DNA of 64,000 nucleotides from positions 118-64,117 of the forward strand of contig DATDGS010000068.1 of assembly GCA_036521955.1 (NCBI GenBank), given 5' to 3'. The notes beneath the pieces were generated by a model. It had not been told where the DNA came from, did not search any database, and saw nothing but the letters and a program-made list of their open reading frames with translations. The translations under genes and the position numbers were made by a program. This stretch comes from Terriglobales bacterium (GTDB lineage Bacteria; Acidobacteriota; Terriglobia; Terriglobales; Acidobacteriaceae). Numbering within the stretch: position 1 is the stretch's first letter; each line of letters begins with the position of its first letter. Of the stretch, positions 37,084-46,361 are shown one piece after another.

Positions 37084-39015
37084 TTACTTCTTGTCTTCAA
37101 CATCCACATACTCAGCGTCGATCACGCCTTCGTCCTTCTTCGAGTCTGCGCCGTTCGTGCCAGGCGCCGCGTGCCCATCACTCGGTCCAGCCCCCGCCGT
37201 GCCAGGCGCCGCCGGCGTAGCCTTATACATCTGCTCCGCCAGCTTGTGCGAAGCCGCAGTCAGCTTGTCGCGCGCCGAGTCCATCGCCGCCTTGTCGCCG
37301 CCCGCGATGGCCTTCTTACCGTCCGCCAAAGCATTCTCGACGTCCCCGCGCTCGGAGCCCGAGATCTTGTCGCCATGCTCCTTCAGCATCTTCTCGACGT
37401 TGTAGACCATAGAGTCGAGCTGATTCTTGGCCTCGATCTCTTCGCGCCGCGCCTTGTCTTCGGACGAGTGCGCGTCGGCTTCCCTCGCCATCCGCTCGAC
37501 CTCTTCCTTCGACAAGCCCGAAGACGAAGTAATCGTGATCTTCTGATCCTTGCTAGTGGCCATATCTTTCGCGGTCACGTTCAGGATCCCGTTCGCGTCA
37601 ATATCAAACGTCACCTCGATCTGCGGAACGCCCCGAGGTGCCGGTGGTAATCCAGTCAGATGAAATTTGCCCAAAGTCCGATTCTGCGCCGCCAAGGGGC
37701 GTTCCCCCTGCAGCACATGCACTTCAACCGAAGTCTGACTATCGGCCGCCGTAGAGAACGTCTCCGTCTTCTTCGTCGGAATCGTAGTATTCCGCGGAAT
37801 CATTGCCGTAGCCACACCACCAAGCGTCTCAATCGACAACGTCAAGGGAGTCACGTCCAGGAGCAGCAGGTCTTTCACCTCGCCCCCAAGCACGCCGCCT
37901 TGAATCGCCGCGCCAATCGCAACCACTTCATCCGGATTGACGCCCTTGTGCCCCTCGCGTCCAAACAATTCCTTTACGATCGCCTGGATACGCGGCATGC
38001 GAGTCTGTCCGCCAACTAGCACCACTTCGTTAATCTTGCTGGCGTCGACGCCCGCATCTTTCAAACACTGCCTCGACGGCCCCACCGACCGCTGCAAAAT
38101 ATCCTCGACCATCGATTCCAGCTTGGCACGCGTCAGCTTAATGACCAGGTGCTTCGGCCCGGAAGCATCGGCCGTGATGAACGGCAGATTGATCTCGGTT
38201 TCCATAGTGGTCGAAAGCTCAATCTTCGCCCGCTCCGCCGCGTCGCGCAGACGCTGCAATGCCATCTCGTTTCCCTTACCGCGCAGGTCGAGGCCTTCGT
38301 TTTTCTTGAATTCGTCGATCAGCCAATCCACCAGCCGCTGATCGATGTTGTCGCCACCAAGGTGCGTGTCGCCGTTGGTGGCCTTAACCTCGACCACGCC
38401 TTCACCGACTTCGAGGATCGAAATATCGAACGTGCCGCCGCCGAAATCGTACACGGCGATGGTCTCGTCCTTGCCCTTGTCGAGCCCATAGGCGAGCGCC
38501 GCCGCGGTCGGCTCGTTGATGATTCGCTTCACGTCCAACCCGGCAATCTTGCCCCCGTCCTTCGTAGCCTGCCGCTGCGCATCGTTGAAATAGGCCGGCA
38601 CAGTGATAACCGCCTCGGTCACTTTCTCGCCAAGATAGTCTTCCGCCGCCTTCTTCAGCTTCTGCAAAATCATCGCGGAGATCTCGGGCGGGGTGTATTT
38701 CTTCCCCTGCGCCACAATCACCACGTTGTCTCCGTCCCGCTCAACCTTGTAAGGGACCATCTTCAATTCTTCGCTCACCTCGTCAAAGCGCCGTCCCATG
38801 AAGCGCTTGATCGAGTAAACCGTATTCTCAGGATTGGTAATAGCCTGCCGCTTAGCGACCTGCCCCACCAGCCGTTCGCCGGTCTTGGTGAATCCAACCA
38901 CCGAAGGCGTAGTCCGCCCACCTTCTTCGTTAGCGATAACCTTAGGCTCCCCGCCCTCCATAACCGCTACGCAGGAGTTGGTAGTACCCAGGTCAATTCC
39001 AATAATCTTTCCCAT
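37084..39015 (-). CDS. dnaK: molecular chaperone DnaK (Hsp70)
   Basis: [14 protein letters not shown] and [10 protein letters not shown]; 643 aa; SD GGAGGT upstream. Confidence 0.97.
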   Translation of the reverse strand: MGKIIGIDLGTTNSCVAVMEGGEPKVIANEEGGRTTPSVVGFTKTGERLVGQVAKRQAITNPENTVYSIKRFMGRRFDEVSEELKMVPYKVERDGDNVVIVAQGKKYTPPEISAMILQKLKKAAEDYLGEKVTEAVITVPAYFNDAQRQATKDGGKIAGLDVKRIINEPTAAALAYGLDKGKDETIAVYDFGGGTFDISILEVGEGVVEVKATNGDTHLGGDNIDQRLVDWLIDEFKKNEGLDLRGKGNEMALQRLRDAAERAKIELSTTMETEINLPFITADASGPKHLVIKLTRAKLESMVEDILQRSVGPSRQCLKDAGVDASKINEVVLVGGQTRMPRIQAIVKELFGREGHKGVNPDEVVAIGAAIQGGVLGGEVKDLLLLDVTPLTLSIETLGGVATAMIPRNTTIPTKKTETFSTAADSQTSVEVHVLQGERPLAAQNRTLGKFHLTGLPPAPRGVPQIEVTFDIDANGILNVTAKDMATSKDQKITITSSSGLSKEEVERMAREADAHSSEDKARREEIEAKNQLDSMVYNVEKMLKEHGDKISGSERGDVENALADGKKAIAGGDKAAMDSARDKLTAASHKLAEQMYKATPAAPGTAGAGPSDGHAAPGTNGADSKKDEGVIDAEYVDVEDKK

Positions 39016-39079
39016 AACCTTACCTCCAAACAGATAAGTGCTTTATAATCATCGCAATGACAATTATGCTCTGGGCCAT

Positions 39080-39108
39080 GCTATAACCTGAGCGAACCAT
39101 TGTCAAGG
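39080..39108 (-). promoter_or_regulatory. candidate dnaK promoter overlapping a HAIR-like element
   Basis: Minus strand CCTTGACAATGGTTCGCTCAGGTTATAGC. TTGACA, then 15-16 nt, then TATAGC/ATAGCA. CTTGACA-N7-GCTCAGG matches 10 of 14 positions of the HspR box CTTGAGT-N7-ACTCAAG. Confidence 0.3.
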
Positions 39109-39152
39109 TTTAGATGCGGCGGAAGTGAAGAAGTTGCACTTGCTTTTGCCGG

Positions 39153-39183
39153 TGTGGAGACGGGGCTGCGCCCGGTCCAAGAC
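39153..39183 (+). repeat. dispersed repeat family E copy
   Basis: GTGGAGACGGGGCTGCGCCCGGTCCAAGAC. Confidence 0.6.
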
Positions 39184-39376
39184 GACCGCGGCTCGGCCCG
39201 CTCCTTCACTCTTCCCACCCTTCGTCGTCCCGGACGGAGCTGCGTGTTTCGAGGCCTGGGAAGAGGCCTGTGATCGCCATTCGCAGGCATTGTAACGTCC
39301 GCGCATTCTCGCGATCACTATCTACCTAGAAGCAGATGCGCTCCCTTCAGCGAGAGGCTGACCAGAAAGGATCACC

Positions 39377-39916
39377 ATGTCTTCACCATTTTTCGTCCAA
39401 AGCAAGCTAGGCAACCTCGTCATCGACATTCAGGGGCCAGCTCCAAGCCCCGGTGCCCTGCTCGATGCCTTCACAAAGAAGACCTCGGGTCCCAACTGGA
39501 GTAACCAGCTCTGGCAGTTCGTAACGTCGTCCTTCGAAGGGTCTTACCTTCTTCAGAACCCCGCGACTAACCTCGTCATCGACATTCAGGGGGCGAATAC
39601 CAAGCCCGGCACGCCGCTCGACGCCTACACGGTTAAGAAAGATGGCCCTCCACCTCTCGACACGAACGCGCCAAACCAACTCTGGTCGTTCGTGCCATCG
39701 TCGGTGACGGGCTATTACTTCATTCAGTGCTACCTGGACAATACGCCCCTCGTCATCGACGTTGAGGGGAATAGCACCAAGCCCGGTACGAACCTCGACG
39801 CCTACACCCAGAAGACGAGTCCTGATTGCAGCAACCAATTCTGGACCTTCGTCGATGAGAAGGGCAATAGCGTAACTCCGCCGCCGCCCTTTACGCCGCC
39901 TCCACCAGCGAAGTAA
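39377..39916 (+). CDS. ricin-type beta-trefoil lectin-domain protein
   Basis: Three internal repeats LVIDIQG..KPGT.LDAYT.K...NQ(L/F)W.FV (QxW motifs NQLWQF, NQLWSF, NQFWTF). Pro-rich tail. No signal peptide. Confidence 0.8.
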   Translation: MSSPFFVQSKLGNLVIDIQGPAPSPGALLDAFTKKTSGPNWSNQLWQFVTSSFEGSYLLQNPATNLVIDIQGANTKPGTPLDAYTVKKDGPPPLDTNAPNQLWSFVPSSVTGYYFIQCYLDNTPLVIDVEGNSTKPGTNLDAYTQKTSPDCSNQFWTFVDEKGNSVTPPPPFTPPPPAK

Positions 39917-40298
39917 GGCGGCAATCTCCTCGCTGGTGGGTGGTCCACGCGTTGCGCGTTGTGTGTGCAAGGGTGGGATCCACCGCAGCGACGACGACCA
40001 CTAACGCGAACCCAAATTCTGGCGGCGATTCCAGTGCGAACTTGCGCCGCACTTCATCGCGCAGCCAAACCTCCGCTTCGGGTCTGGAACGGAAGGCGCG
40101 CGCCGACCATCCCGGACGCTCCGTCAGTATCTCCCACATGCGCGCCATGCCGAAGCCACAGTCAGAAGGAACGACGACGGCCGTGACTAGCGCGGGCAAG
40201 ACAGCCGCAAGGCGATCGTCCTGCTTCCGGATCGTCCGGATTTCCGCCGCTGAGATCTCTAGGGTGGCCTCGGTCGCGTCGATGAGCAGCGAGCACAC
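39891..40298 (-). CDS. hypothetical protein, probably N-terminally disrupted
   Basis: GTG-initiated 135-aa ORF. The frame stays open about 90 nt further upstream (..GVLSGEDLIANNERILGSWSYAG) without a start codon. The tail overlaps the lectin gene by 26 nt. Confidence 0.35.
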   Translation of the reverse strand: MCSLLIDATEATLEISAAEIRTIRKQDDRLAAVLPALVTAVVVPSDCGFGMARMWEILTERPGWSARAFRSRPEAEVWLRDEVRRKFALESPPEFGFALVVVVAAVDPTLAHTTRNAWTTHQRGDCRLTSLVEAA

Positions 40299-40548
40299 GC
40301 CCGCATAGCTCCACGAACCGAGGATGCGCTCATTATTCGCGATGAGGTCCTCTCCGCTGAGGACGCCACGACATACTCAGACCCGCCCCACGCCGTTTTG
40401 CAGAAGGTGACCCTCAATCGGCATGCGCGTTCCCAGCGGATTATACCTCCGGCCAGGTGCCTATTCTTGCGCATTCTGTGCGTAGGGTGGGATTCCCCGG
40501 TCCATTCCGTCTTGAGGTTTTTGCCGCCGGACTCAACTCTTCGGAGGT

Positions 40549-41784
40549 TCAGTGTGTCGCCTGCCGGTAGGCTTCAAGCTCTTTCCTCACCACGTTCAGA
40601 GCGCCCTTACCCCACAGATTCGCAGGCTCGATATCGTCGTGGGTGTTGGCGTCGAATCCCTCGTCGGGCGGGCCAAACTCATTGAACTGGTGAATCAGCA
40701 GAAAGATTGGATCGAGTTTCTTCGCATAGGTCATGAACGATTCGAAGGTGACGTAGCCGCCGCCGGGTCCAAAACGAAGCGCGTCATCGGGACAATAAGG
40801 CAAAGCCTCCGGATTCGGGCAGCCCCATCCGTCCTGCCCTGCGGTGGCGATGGAAGCCGTGAAATTCTCTACTCTGGATCCAGCTTGGCTTTCAGAAGGT
40901 GTCAGGTTATACGAAGGAAAGTAGGGGCACAGCGCTTCCGCGCAAGACGGGTTGAGCCGATCGACCCAACTCCAGAACCCGTATGCAGGATTAATCTCCA
41001 CCGGCCCGTCGGGTGTGCCCTGCTTTGCCCACAGATCGGGCTGGCTGTCGAGGTATCCCGCCATCAGTTTGAAAGTATATTTCTCTCCAATCTCGGGATG
41101 GCTTTGCAAAAACCGCTTGATCCGATACCACAGAGGATGGTCGGCAGGGTTTGGATCCTGCGCCGCGCCCAGAAAAATAAGCATCAGCGGCTTGCCTTCG
41201 TAGATTACGCCGAGATCGGGATAGCGCTGCAGGCGCGCGCCGAAGTAGTCCACTTCTTTTTCGAACGCCGTTTTCCCGTCTTGATCCTCCGTCAAGACGT
41301 TGCCGTCAATGCCGCCGAGCAGAGGAATGAGCTTGAGCCGGGTTCCGAGCGCCGACCAGGCTGGATAAAGATTGCCGGTATTGTTGCGGATGGTCTGGTT
41401 GTAATAACGGAAGGACGGGGTGCAGTTCGGGACGTATTTCTCGACGAACCACTCGCTGTTAAAAATACAGCTCACGTTGTTAGTCAGGTCGCTGATGACC
41501 GCATCAACTCCCATGTATTCCAGCCAGGCGACGTGTTGCTTGATGACCGCCGGATCGGCGCTGTCATAGCCGCCTCCCTCCGCTTGCATGTCTGCCGACT
41601 GCAACAGCGGCATGGCCGAGAAGCCTTGAAAGGTTACGGCGTGGGGCCCGAACCAAGCCTCGTATTCCATGACCACAACGAGGCTGTTGCCGTCGACCAC
41701 CAGCGGCCCCGAGGGCGCAGCCATTGCGAGGGAACTCACGAGAAAAACGGCGAGGGTCACGAAGACGCGCTGAAACATAGACAC
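40549..41784 (-). CDS. secreted hypothetical protein, possibly a TIM-barrel glycoside-hydrolase-like enzyme
   Basis: Signal peptide MSMFQRVFVTLAVFLVSSLAMA. YEAWFGP..YDSADPAVIKQHVAWLEYMGVDAVISD resembles GH-like TIM barrels, but the function is not established. The antisense 414-aa ORF was rejected. Confidence 0.65.
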   Translation of the reverse strand: MSMFQRVFVTLAVFLVSSLAMAAPSGPLVVDGNSLVVVMEYEAWFGPHAVTFQGFSAMPLLQSADMQAEGGGYDSADPAVIKQHVAWLEYMGVDAVISDLTNNVSCIFNSEWFVEKYVPNCTPSFRYYNQTIRNNTGNLYPAWSALGTRLKLIPLLGGIDGNVLTEDQDGKTAFEKEVDYFGARLQRYPDLGVIYEGKPLMLIFLGAAQDPNPADHPLWYRIKRFLQSHPEIGEKYTFKLMAGYLDSQPDLWAKQGTPDGPVEINPAYGFWSWVDRLNPSCAEALCPYFPSYNLTPSESQAGSRVENFTASIATAGQDGWGCPNPEALPYCPDDALRFGPGGGYVTFESFMTYAKKLDPIFLLIHQFNEFGPPDEGFDANTHDDIEPANLWGKGALNVVRKELEAYRQATH

Positions 41785-41840
41785 CCCCCATGGTAACCCG
41801 CGCTTCGACGAGAAGTTCCGCCCACACCCTTCCTCAGTCT

Positions 41841-41907
41841 GTCATCCCGAGCGGAGCCGGAATATGTGCGAAGCGCATGACCCGGCGGAGCCGAAGGACC
41901 CCTGCAG
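41841..41907 (+). repeat. dispersed repeat family D copy
   Basis: GTCATCCCGAGCGGAGC..CGAAGGACCCCTGCAG. Confidence 0.75.
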
Positions 41908-42164
41908 TGCTGGCACGATAGCCGGGTGCCCCTCGATAAGAGCGAAGGCTCTGGGGAGGGCAAAGATATCCTAGGCAGTGTCCAAGCACCGCTTGCTTTG
42001 CCAGAGAGGTTGAGGACCAAGACTCTGGAAATCTCACGCTGAATCACTTTCCGGTGGAAGATCGTTCCACCAACCATCGATTCGGCCTGAACCTCGACCA
42101 TGATTCTTCTATGCGAACATCCCGCCCCGCGCGGGATGCGAGAGCGCCCAATCAATCCAGCGGT

Positions 42165-42845
42165 CTAGCTTGCGCCGACCAGGGCCACCCGCGAGCTGCT
42201 CTCGATGCGAACGATCTCTGGATACGGCTTCTCGGTGCGTAGCATCCAGTAGAGTCGTACCGCTAATCTCCGTGCCGCTGCCACCTTGGCCACACCTTTC
42301 GGCTTCTGATGGCAGCGATGCAAATACCGTTTGCGAAACCCAGGATCGTAGCGCACCGCGATCTGCGCCGCTTCCACCAGTAACGAGCGCAGCAGCCGGT
42401 TGCCCGATTTCGTGATCGCGCCCAGCCTCTGCCTCCCGCCCGAACTTTCCTCGCGCGGAATTAGTCCCAGATAACTCGCCACTTGCTTGCCCCGCGGAAA
42501 CCGACCGACGTCGCCGATGGTCAGCACGTACGCCAGCGCCGTGTTCGGGCCCACTCCCGGTTGCGTCATCAGCAACCGTGCCTGGGGATGTGGATCGGCG
42601 GCTTGCTGGCACCGCTTCATCCAACTGCCCGATCTGCTGGTTCAACATCGCCAGCAGCCCCAGCAAGTCCTCCTGCCGGCACGCCGCCCAGGGTTTTAAC
42701 GGCAGCTCGCGCAGCAACTTCTGTCCCGCCTGGCTCCACAGCGTGCACTTGCGCTGCATTCCCTTATTCCGAGAAAGGTGTTGCAGTTCGTTTTTCACCC
42801 GGCCGCGAATCTCCACCAGTGTAGGAGCCGGATTCCCGGAGAGAG
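42165..42845 (-). mobile_element. IS110-family transposase remnant (5'-truncated and frameshifted)
   Basis: The C-terminal domain PGVGPNTALAYVLTIGDVGRFPRGKQVASYLGLIPREESSGG..KSGNRLLRSLLVEAA is intact (42165-42620). The middle region ..VEIRGRVKNELQHLS..LLAMLNQQIGQLDEAV lies in another frame. The N-terminal catalytic domain of about 150-190 aa is absent. Confidence 0.8.
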
Positions 42846-42855
42846 CGCCACTTCA

Positions 42856-42944
42856 CAGCATCTAGCACTTAGCAATTAGCACCTAGCCAAACCTCAACCC
42901 TCGTCGAGTGTGGCTAAATGCTAAGTGCTAATTGCTAAGTGCTG
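42856..42944. repeat. long imperfect palindrome built from (C/T)TAGCAN heptamers
   Basis: 34-nt arms (28 of 34 complementary) with a 21-nt loop. Left arm CTAGCAC TTAGCAA TTAGCAC CTAGCCA; right arm TGGCTAA ATGCTAA GTGCTAA TTGCTAA GTGCTGA. Begins 10 nt after the ffh stop. Confidence 0.85.
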
Positions 42945-42954
42945 AATGCCTTCC

Positions 42955-44313
42955 CTACATTCCCGGAAACTTCATCCCCGCCATTCGCCGCGCGAAACTC
43001 GGCTTGCCCATCTGCTTGAACATTTTTTTCATCTGCGCGTATTGGCGAAGCAAATTGTTGACTTCCTGCACCGTCGTTCCGGAGCCCCGCGCGATGCGTT
43101 TGCGGCGGCTGCCGTTGATGGCTTCGTGATGGTTGCGTTCGTATCCGGTCATCGAATTGATGATCGCCTCGACCCGGTTGATCTGCTTTTCGTCCACCTT
43201 GTCCGCGGCTTTCTGCATGCCGGAAAACGCGCCGATATTGGGCAGCATGCCCATGAGGCTTTGCAGCGACCCCATCTTGCGAACCTGACGCAACTGGTCG
43301 CGAAAATCCTCCAGCGAAAAGCCGTCACCCGCAAGCATCTTGGAGGCAAGTTCGTTGGCCTTCTTCTTGTCGATCTGCGACTCGGCTTTTTCGATGAGCG
43401 AGAGAATGTCGCCCATGCCAAGAATGCGCGACACTATGCGGTCAGGATGAAAAGGCTCAAGCGCATCGTATTTTTCGCCGATGCCAATGAACTTGATAGG
43501 TTGCCCAGTGACCTGGCGAATGGAAAGCGCCGCGCCGCCGCGAGCGTCGCCATCCATCTTAGTAAGGACGACGCCGGTAAGCGTGAGCTTCTTATGAAAT
43601 TCATCCGCCGAGTTGACGGCGTCCTGTCCAGTCATCGAATCGGCGACAAACAGAATCTCCTGCGGATTGAGCAGCCGCTTGAGCGACTGCATCTCCTCCA
43701 TGAGCTGGTCGTCGATGTGGAGACGTCCAGCAGTATCCACAATAAGCACGTCGCACCCGGAGTTGATCGCCTCGCGCCGCGCCTCCTTGGCAAGCCGCTC
43801 GACAGTTGCCGTATTCGCCTCATCGACCTCGCCTTGGTAAACGTTGGCCTTGATTGCAGCCGCAACCACTTTCAGTTGCTCGCGGGCAGCCGGACGATAA
43901 ACGTCAACCGAGACCAGCAGCGGACGGTGTCCGCCATTCTTAAGCCAGTTGGCAAGCTTGCCCGAGGTAGTGGTTTTGCCGGAGCCCTGCAACCCAGCCA
44001 TGAGCACGACGGTCGGCGGTTGGGACGCGAACTTTAACTTAGCCGTATCTTTGCCGAGGGTCGTGACCAGTTCGTCGCGGACGATCTTGATAACCTGCTC
44101 GCCCGGCGATAGCGCAGTCAGCACTTCCTGCCCGACAGCCTTAGCCTGGATGCGGTCGATGAGTTCTTTGACAACTTTGAAGTTGACGTCAGCCTCAAGC
44201 AGCGCCAGACGAATCTGTTTCAGCGCCTCGGAAATGTTCTCTTCCGTGAGGACGGCTTGTCCGCGAAGAGACTTGAAGGCGCGCTGGAGTTTCTCCTGGA
44301 GATTCTCGAACAT
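42955..44313 (-). CDS. ffh: signal recognition particle protein
   Basis: GLQGSGKTTTSGKLA and DTAGRL, plus a Met-rich M domain; 452 aa. Confidence 0.97.
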   Translation of the reverse strand: MFENLQEKLQRAFKSLRGQAVLTEENISEALKQIRLALLEADVNFKVVKELIDRIQAKAVGQEVLTALSPGEQVIKIVRDELVTTLGKDTAKLKFASQPPTVVLMAGLQGSGKTTTSGKLANWLKNGGHRPLLVSVDVYRPAAREQLKVVAAAIKANVYQGEVDEANTATVERLAKEARREAINSGCDVLIVDTAGRLHIDDQLMEEMQSLKRLLNPQEILFVADSMTGQDAVNSADEFHKKLTLTGVVLTKMDGDARGGAALSIRQVTGQPIKFIGIGEKYDALEPFHPDRIVSRILGMGDILSLIEKAESQIDKKKANELASKMLAGDGFSLEDFRDQLRQVRKMGSLQSLMGMLPNIGAFSGMQKAADKVDEKQINRVEAIINSMTGYERNHHEAINGSRRKRIARGSGTTVQEVNNLLRQYAQMKKMFKQMGKPSFARRMAGMKFPGM

Positions 44314-44409
44314 AGCGTAAGCAGCTATTTTAGCAGTCGCGACGGGGGTGGGAATCGTTGGCCGTCAGTCGTCGGTCATTTCGGGCTCGTCGTTCGCAAA
44401 ATCCTCGGT

Positions 44410-44441
44410 GTCCTCCTGAGCCAAGCGAAGGACCTATGCAG
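44410..44441 (+). repeat. dispersed repeat family D copy (short form)
   Basis: GTCCTCCTGAGCCAAGCGAAGGACCTATGCAG. Confidence 0.7.
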
Positions 44442-44490
44442 TTTGCCAGCGCCGCCGCAGATCAACGCCTTAGCACGCCATCGATCGCCT

Positions 44491-45135
44491 TCACTCCACC
44501 TTCGGCCTCACCATTTCAAAGCGCTCGGTGGTACGCGTGTACTGCATGCCGCCCATGCGCCCGATCAGATCGAGCGAGTCCCGGTCCAGGCGGCCTTCGT
44601 TCAGATGCCGCTCATCGACGTGAATGGAGACGATTTCGCCCATCACCAGACTGCCGCCCTCGGGAGCGGGATTGAAGTCGAGAATCTGATGCAGCTTGCA
44701 TTCAAAGCTGACGGGAGACTCCGCCACGCGCCGCGGCCGCACGACTTTCGAAGGTGCCGAGCCAAGTTTCGCTACTTCGAATTCGTTGATTGATGAGTCA
44801 TAATCGCCGCTGGTCAGGTTCATAGCCTCGGCCAGTTCGTAAGTGACCATGTTGATCACGAATTCTCCGGTCTCGCGAATATTCCGCAGCGTGTCTTTCG
44901 GTTCTCCGGTGGGTCCTCCCGCGGCTGTCCCCGATTTCTTCGGCGAGCGCATTCCCGAAGCAAACGCCAGCAGAGGAGGTTTGGCGCATACCGCATTGAA
45001 AAACGAAAAGGGCGCCAGGTTAGGATGTCCGGAAGCGCTGACGCTTGAGACCCAAGCAATCGGCCGTGGCACCACGGCGCTGATCAGAAGGTTATAGAAC
45101 TCACGATGCGCAAGCTGAGAAGGAGTGACGTCCAT
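44491..45135 (-). CDS. flavin reductase-like (FMN-binding split-barrel) protein
   Basis: ..VVPRPIAWVSSVSASGHPNLAPFSFFNAV.. Confidence 0.85.
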   Translation of the reverse strand: MDVTPSQLAHREFYNLLISAVVPRPIAWVSSVSASGHPNLAPFSFFNAVCAKPPLLAFASGMRSPKKSGTAAGGPTGEPKDTLRNIRETGEFVINMVTYELAEAMNLTSGDYDSSINEFEVAKLGSAPSKVVRPRRVAESPVSFECKLHQILDFNPAPEGGSLVMGEIVSIHVDERHLNEGRLDRDSLDLIGRMGGMQYTRTTERFEMVRPKVE

Positions 45136-45174
45136 GGCGTCGAGTATAACGTCTGCTGCATCGTCGCGAATCCG

Positions 45175-46173
45175 TCAACCAGTCCCGCCATACACTTCTT
45201 TCGCGGCGACCACGGTGTTGCTGTGAATCGAGATCGTGTCCTCGAGCTTCATGGCGTAGCCGCCGGCGAGCGTGACCATCACCGGGATGCCCTGAGCCCT
45301 GGCGATTCGAAACACGATAGCATCTCGCTCCTTCAATCCTTCAATCGTCAACGACAATCCGCCGAGCTGATCTTCGCAATAAGGGTCGGCTCCGGCGAGG
45401 TAACAGAGGAGGTCCGGCTCGAGCTTGCCCAATCCCAAACTGAGCGCGTCGCCGACGCACGCCAGATATTCGTCGTCGCCAATCCCGTCAGGCAGATTCA
45501 CATCGAGCGACGAAGGGGGCTTAAACGACGGGTAGTTGTTTTGCTGATGCAGCGAAATCGTGAACACCTCCTCGGCGTGGGCGCTGCGCCTCCTGCCCGG
45601 TTGACTAGGATTCAGAACCGACCCCCAAGCCGCGGGCAGCGGGCCTCCGGGCGCATGCCTGCCGGAGAAAATCACGGCCGTGCCGTTGCCTTGATGGACG
45701 TCGCAGTCGAAGGTCATGGCGGTACGAATCTTGTCGTCACGCTGCATGCAGCGGATGGCGACGGCCACGTCGTGGATCATGCAGAAGCCTTCGCCGTGGC
45801 CAGGGAACGCATGATGAAATCCTCCGCCGATGCTGATGGCCACGCCGTCGTTAAGGGCATGATCGGCGGCCAGCACCGAACCGCCCGCCGCGAGCCAGAA
45901 GGCGCTCACCAGCTCCGGTGAGTACGGGACTTCGAGCTCTAACTCTTCCAGCGCGGTGAGCGTGCCCGTCTTCAATTTGTGAACGTACCGCGGGGTGTGC
46001 ACAAGCAGCACGTCCTCGTCGGTTGCCGGTCGTGGCGTGACAAAATCGGAAGGCTCTGCCACTCCGGAAGCGAGCAGCCGGTCGTGAATGCACTTGTATT
46101 TCTCCGCGGGAAAGACATGGGAGCCGATGGGCAGGTAATAGTCGTCGCTGTAGACGAGCTTGAAGGGCAGCAT
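45175..46173 (-). CDS. histone-deacetylase-family amidohydrolase (acetoin utilisation / acetylpolyamine deacetylase-like)
   Basis: GGGFHHAFPGHGEGFCMIHDVAV.. and ..GADPYCEDQLG. Confidence 0.9.
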   Translation of the reverse strand: MLPFKLVYSDDYYLPIGSHVFPAEKYKCIHDRLLASGVAEPSDFVTPRPATDEDVLLVHTPRYVHKLKTGTLTALEELELEVPYSPELVSAFWLAAGGSVLAADHALNDGVAISIGGGFHHAFPGHGEGFCMIHDVAVAIRCMQRDDKIRTAMTFDCDVHQGNGTAVIFSGRHAPGGPLPAAWGSVLNPSQPGRRRSAHAEEVFTISLHQQNNYPSFKPPSSLDVNLPDGIGDDEYLACVGDALSLGLGKLEPDLLCYLAGADPYCEDQLGGLSLTIEGLKERDAIVFRIARAQGIPVMVTLAGGYAMKLEDTISIHSNTVVAAKEVYGGTG

Positions 46174-46298
46174 TCGGCACTCAGCCTTTCAGCACTCGGC
46201 GTTGCGAGTACCGAAAACTCCATATCATACGCGATTACAGGAATCTTACAGTGACGGTTCCCGGTCGTTTCGCACCAAACGGTTTTCGCCACTGGAGC

Positions 46299-46337
46299 TT
46301 TCCCCTGTGCTCCTCTGTGTCCCCTGTGGTGAAGAAT
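46299..46337 (+). repeat. dispersed repeat family A copy
   Basis: TTTCCCCTGTGCTCCTCTGTGTCCCCTGTGGTGAAGAAT, upstream of polA. Confidence 0.85.
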
Positions 46338-46361
46338 TCGTTAGCTGCTAAACTTGGCTCA

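Noticed and set aside
40552-41796. 414-aa ORF on the plus strand
   Set aside because: It is antisense to the 411-aa minus-strand ORF, which has a signal peptide and normal composition. The plus-strand product is Arg-rich and low in Lys, typical of shadow ORFs in GC-rich DNA.
42862-42932. TTAGCAC / GTGCTAA halves resembling the CIRCE heat-shock operator
   Set aside because: The halves are separated by tens of nt rather than 9. They are part of a heptamer-repeat palindrome and lie downstream of ffh, not upstream of a chaperone gene.
42946-44037. 363-aa plus-strand ORF
   Set aside because: Shadow ORF antisense to ffh, whose SRP54 motifs are unambiguous.
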